Source: Nitrospinales bacterium (GTDB lineage Bacteria > Nitrospinota > Nitrospinia > Nitrospinales > VA-1). Taken from it: a stretch of DNA of 64,000 nt. The stretch lies in NCBI GenBank assembly GCA_965223795.1, contig CBDCXL010000001.1, positions 544,001 through 608,000 on the forward strand, written 5' to 3'. The position numbers and the translations under genes were made by a program. Below the pieces are notes generated by a model that worked only from the letters and a program-made list of their open reading frames with translations, was not told the origin of the DNA and searched no databases. Of this stretch, positions 60,255-64,000 are shown in pieces. The stretch's first letter is position 1, and every line of letters starts with the position of its first letter.

Positions 60255-60836
60255 TCAGCAGCAGCCGTTTTTGCTCTGGTAGCCGGTGATGCGGCCGCGG
60301 GCGTCGATCTCGTAGGAACAGCACTGAAAAAACAGTTCCCTGAGCAGGGCGCGGCCGCGCTGGACGCGCGACTTCAACGCGGAGTACGAGAGGCCCCACT
60401 GTTCCGCAAGGCGGTTCTGCGGCTGGCCCTGAAGATCGACGGCGGTGACGGCGTCTCGGTACTTGTCCGGCAGCTGCTTTAAAAACGGTTCGAGACAGCC
60501 GGTGAGCTCGGCGCGGATCGAACCGTCTTCCTGGCCGTCGAACGCCAATTCCTCCTGCGTTGCACTGGCACCGGCGGGGTTCACACCGGTTTTGCGGTAA
60601 TGGTCGGTGAGGGCGTTGCGGGCGATCTGAAACAGCCAGGACTGGAGCTTGTCCGTTTCTTTCAACTGCGCCAGGTTCTTGTGCACCTTGATGAGGATTT
60701 CCTGGGCCAGGTCGTCCGCGTCTTCGGGACGGGCGACGCGGGCGCGCAGAAACCGGCGCAGCCGTTCTCCGTATTCGTTCCAGATAGATTCCAGCACCGC
60801 GGAATCGGGTTGCATGCGTCTCCGCCCTCTGACCAT
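60255..60836 (-). CDS. sigZ: ECF sigma factor, SigZ-like
   Basis: DADDLAQE, WLFQIARN..DHYR, CLEPFL.QLP, YSALKSRVQRGR, CC; start may be ATG 60815. Confidence 0.82.
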   Translation of the reverse strand: MVRGRRRMQPDSAVLESIWNEYGERLRRFLRARVARPEDADDLAQEILIKVHKNLAQLKETDKLQSWLFQIARNALTDHYRKTGVNPAGASATQEELAFDGQEDGSIRAELTGCLEPFLKQLPDKYRDAVTAVDLQGQPQNRLAEQWGLSYSALKSRVQRGRALLRELFFQCCSYEIDARGRITGYQSKNGCC

Positions 60837-60899
60837 GAAAGGAAGGGTTCCATTATACAGAAATTGAGGGCAGCCGGGTCGCCGGGAAAACGCCGGATT

Positions 60900-62813
60900 T
60901 TAAAAATAAAAATTGGCGGACAGGATGCCTTCGTCGTTTTCGTCGTAGCGGTTGTATTCGAGACGCACGTCGAAGTTCTGGGAAAGGGAATAGCGCTGGG
61001 CGAAGGTGGCGGCGAACATGTTTTTTTCGTCGCCGAGGAAGTAGTTGCGGTAGGAACCGGCGATCTGCACCTGCCAGTTTTCGGTGAGATCGACGTAACC
61101 GCCGATCTCGAGAACGCCGCCGATGCGGAAACCGTCGTCGAGACGGCTGGAAAAATCCGAGTCGGCGTCGGCGAACGCGTAAAGCAGAAACGGCGAGAAA
61201 AACCGCGGCCGGTAGGAAGCCCCCACGCCGAAGTTCGCCCGGAAGGAATTGCAGTAGGTGCAGTCCAGGTCGCGCAGCGTGTCGACGCCGACGTTCAGCC
61301 GCCAGGAGGGTTTGGGGAATAAAGGATCGATCGGCGAGAGCGACGTGATGCCCAGGATGGTGGCGCGGTCGATCTTAAGACGCTCGCTTTCATTGTAGTA
61401 ACGCACGTTGAAATCGAGCACGCGGATCTCGGAATCCTTGTCGTAACCGGTGGCGTTGGCCAGAAGATCGTGGTAGGCGGGCCGGTAGGAAATCTCCTGA
61501 AACGGTTCGTCATCGTTGTGGCCCACGCCGAAGCGCACGCGGTCGGTGCCGTGCCCCCAGTCTGGGCGCGAGGAAAAGCGGATCGGCTCTTCTTCGGGAG
61601 TCTGGTAGTTGAGGCGGCTGCGCGCCAGAAGCACCGAACGGGGAATGCGCGCGGCGCCGTTTTCCAACTCGTCATCGCGCATGCCTTTGAATTGCAGGTA
61701 ATCGAGATAGCCGTCGAGGATGCGGGCGCGCGATTCAACCTTGCGGCTCTGAAACGCCTGCGACTCGATCCGTTTGGGATCGCGGATGATGCCGCGGAAC
61801 AGGGAGCGCTCTTCCTCGCTCATGCGGAAACGCTTGTGGTTCATCTTGCTCAGCACCGCCGGGCGGTAGACCACATCCTTCACCAGTCCCTTCTGTTCGG
61901 CGATCACTTTGACGGTGTCGGTGGGGATGACGGAAAAAAAGAAGGATTCGCGCAGGTGCAGTTCCGGATTGGCCACTTCCAAAAGCGACAGGATGTGGTA
62001 GGAACAGTTCTCCTGAAAATAATAGTATTCGAAAAACGTCCCGCCCAGTTCCCAAAGATGCAGCAGCAGCATCTCCAGCTGGTCTTCGGTGAAGTTCAGT
62101 TCGTACTCCCACAGATCGCGGCTTTCCCAGTTGTTGTACTCCTGCACCTTCACGTAGTAGGGGAAGATGGCGAAATGCCCCTCGAACAGCCCCACCAGCC
62201 CCTTGAGCGCATACAGGACGGCGTTGTCGGTGTCCGGCTTCGCCGCATAGTTGGCGCCGTAGTTGAGCAGTTTCTGCTTTTTGCCTTTGCTCTTGCTGTC
62301 GATGCGCAGCAGGGTGTGGCCGAACATGGAAGCGGGGTTGCTGAAGTAATACGAGGCGAACACCACCGTCACCCGCTCGGGCTCCAGCGTCTGCATCCAG
62401 CTTCTGAGCCGCTTGCAGGGCTGCACCGGCAGGCGCTGGGGATCGAAGTCGAGCTGTTTGCTCAGCCATTTGAAGCGTGCGGCGAAATTGCACTGGGGAT
62501 GTTCTTTTCGCGCCGGAAGGTCGCCGGGCCGGGTGAAAAAGCTCGCCAGCGTGGCGCGCAGTTCCGCTTCCGGGTCGGTCTTGCCGCGCGGGTGATTGAA
62601 ATAATCCATGCCGTCCGCTTCGCTCTCATAACCGCCGAACAGGGTTTTGCGGTACTTGAGCAGCAGATGCCACATACGCGCCTCGTGTAGCGATTTCTGC
62701 GCGGCGCGTTGCACGAGTTCATCCAGATACGGGGGCGCTTCGGCAGAGAAACCCCGTGCGGGGACAACCCAGAGGAGGATCAATAACAGGCAGGCGAAAC
62801 GGAATGGAACCAC
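60900..62813 (-). CDS. DUF4105 (Lnb-like N-terminal) protein with C-terminal beta-barrel
   Basis: QCNFAARF.WL, PASMFGHTLLR, ESRDLWEY, YYFQENCSY; terminal YF; start probably GTG 62813. Confidence 0.85.
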   Translation of the reverse strand: MVPFRFACLLLILLWVVPARGFSAEAPPYLDELVQRAAQKSLHEARMWHLLLKYRKTLFGGYESEADGMDYFNHPRGKTDPEAELRATLASFFTRPGDLPARKEHPQCNFAARFKWLSKQLDFDPQRLPVQPCKRLRSWMQTLEPERVTVVFASYYFSNPASMFGHTLLRIDSKSKGKKQKLLNYGANYAAKPDTDNAVLYALKGLVGLFEGHFAIFPYYVKVQEYNNWESRDLWEYELNFTEDQLEMLLLHLWELGGTFFEYYYFQENCSYHILSLLEVANPELHLRESFFFSVIPTDTVKVIAEQKGLVKDVVYRPAVLSKMNHKRFRMSEEERSLFRGIIRDPKRIESQAFQSRKVESRARILDGYLDYLQFKGMRDDELENGAARIPRSVLLARSRLNYQTPEEEPIRFSSRPDWGHGTDRVRFGVGHNDDEPFQEISYRPAYHDLLANATGYDKDSEIRVLDFNVRYYNESERLKIDRATILGITSLSPIDPLFPKPSWRLNVGVDTLRDLDCTYCNSFRANFGVGASYRPRFFSPFLLYAFADADSDFSSRLDDGFRIGGVLEIGGYVDLTENWQVQIAGSYRNYFLGDEKNMFAATFAQRYSLSQNFDVRLEYNRYDENDEGILSANFYF

Positions 62814-62831
62814 GGGATTTTGAGGGCAAAA

Positions 62832-62872
62832 AAAAAAGGATACTGGTGAGAAAGTCACCAGTATCCTTTTTT
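62832..62872 (-). terminator. Terminator after DUF3015 gene
   Basis: AAAAAAGGATACTGGTGA-GAAAG-TCACCAGTATCCTTTTTT. Confidence 0.75.
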
Positions 62873-62886
62873 AAAGAACAAAACAG

Positions 62887-63390
62887 TCACTGCAACACAA
62901 CGTGGCAGGATTTGGACAGTTTCGGATGGTACATCAGTTCCTCTTCCAGCAGCGTCAGCATCTCGCCGGAGGTGGTGTCGTCGCTTTTCACCAGAATGTC
63001 GAACTTGTCCTGCACCAGAGCGCCGAACTCAGAATGGGCATTGGCGTTACAGCCGTAGAGGCTTGCCAGCGTGATCAGGTTTTCGCCCTCGCCCATCGCC
63101 ATTTCCTTCACCAGACTGGAATAATTCTGCTCGGCAAAAATTTCGCGCTCCTTGCTCAGATTCAGCAGACCGTGGTCGCCGCAATTGGACGTGCCGGAGG
63201 TGATGCCGAACGTCTGGGAACCGAACGTGCCGTTGGTGGTGGCTGCCAGAATCTGCTGTCCACCCGGCTTGGCCCCGAATGCCAGGTTGCCGAGCCCGCA
63301 GCCGGCGGCGCCGTAGCCTGCGGCCATCACTGTCATCGGTATGGATAAAACGAATGCGGCAACTGCGGTCAATACGAGGATTTTCTTCAT
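62887..63390 (-). CDS. DUF3015 family protein
   Basis: GAAGCGLG, ATTNGTFGSQTFGITSGTSNC, EMAMGEGE.L. Confidence 0.88.
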   Translation of the reverse strand: MKKILVLTAVAAFVLSIPMTVMAAGYGAAGCGLGNLAFGAKPGGQQILAATTNGTFGSQTFGITSGTSNCGDHGLLNLSKEREIFAEQNYSSLVKEMAMGEGENLITLASLYGCNANAHSEFGALVQDKFDILVKSDDTTSGEMLTLLEEELMYHPKLSKSCHVVLQ

Positions 63391-64000
63391 AAACCTTCTC
63401 CTTTCAGGTTTCCGGCCTCACCTTGAAGAGAGACATCAAGGTAAAACGCTTCAGGTCCTAATTTTTAATTTTTGACTCCACTCCCTATAAATTTCAACAA
63501 ACTGGAAATAAATTTTGCTTATTTTATCAAAATTATCTTCGGAAAATCAATACTTTTTCAGCTAAAACCGGGTATTTGTGTCCATGGGTTTCAAGTGTGT
63601 GCATGAAGGTCGGCGGCGCTTCCGTCTGACCGGTACAGCCAAGTCCGTAATTCACCGTAGAAACGCCGATCGAAGGGAACCGTGTGTGGATCGTGGCGAT
63701 GCCTGCTTCCGGAATCCTCATAGCAGATCCTAATCTAATAGATCGGACGCAATCCGGATTTCTTGAGTGACGCCATGAAGATTTACCATTCAAAAACCGG
63801 ACGCCCCGGCAGAGCGTGCGCCACGCATTCAAAAATGTCGCCAATATCGGCATACGGAGCGGATCATCTGCTAGACTTTCGACACCGGTTTTTTGGAGGC
63901 GAATTTTTTTTAAACATGAATTTGCCCAGGAGTCGAGGATCATGAACCGCAACCGTTGGATCGGGCGTTTCTCGCAAGTGGCAGGAGCCTTCGCAGCGCT

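Noticed and set aside
63533..63952. 139-aa minus-strand ORF at window end
   Set aside because: No motif or clear RBS; could be a remnant or spurious

Overview
Bacterial chromosome segment, mostly GC-rich. The gene content and protein style suggest a Nitrospina-like (Nitrospinota) organism, but that is inference. A housekeeping block (polA, kdsD/kpsF, alaS) ends at tRNA-Arg(CCG). The tRNA 3' end (26 bp) recurs exactly at 27365-27390, delimiting a ~17.8-kb genomic island with no recognisable integrase. The island carries: an ABC-type ATPase + PIN-like pair (candidate anti-phage module); a hicB remnant; an exosortase with a dedicated VIT-vWA PEP-CTERM target; a TonB receptor-YfiR-histidine kinase triad; and, divergent from it, a compact YcaO/SagB azole-RiPP cluster. 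Its precursor is a 70-aa NHLP-clan-like peptide ending in ICCTCWAAE, and no protease or exporter is present. Outside the island is a curli-like amyloid system: three curlins (one with 23 repeats), csgE/F/G, a stand-alone LuxR HTH and a perfect CRP/FNR-family box. The rest holds signalling genes, Sel1-repeat proteins, slyD, fhs, an mscL/dodecin/kbp stress cluster, arsI-like/ArsR/SRPBCC/sigZ genes and a DUF3015-DUF4105 pair. All family calls come from motif recognition by eye, not database searches.
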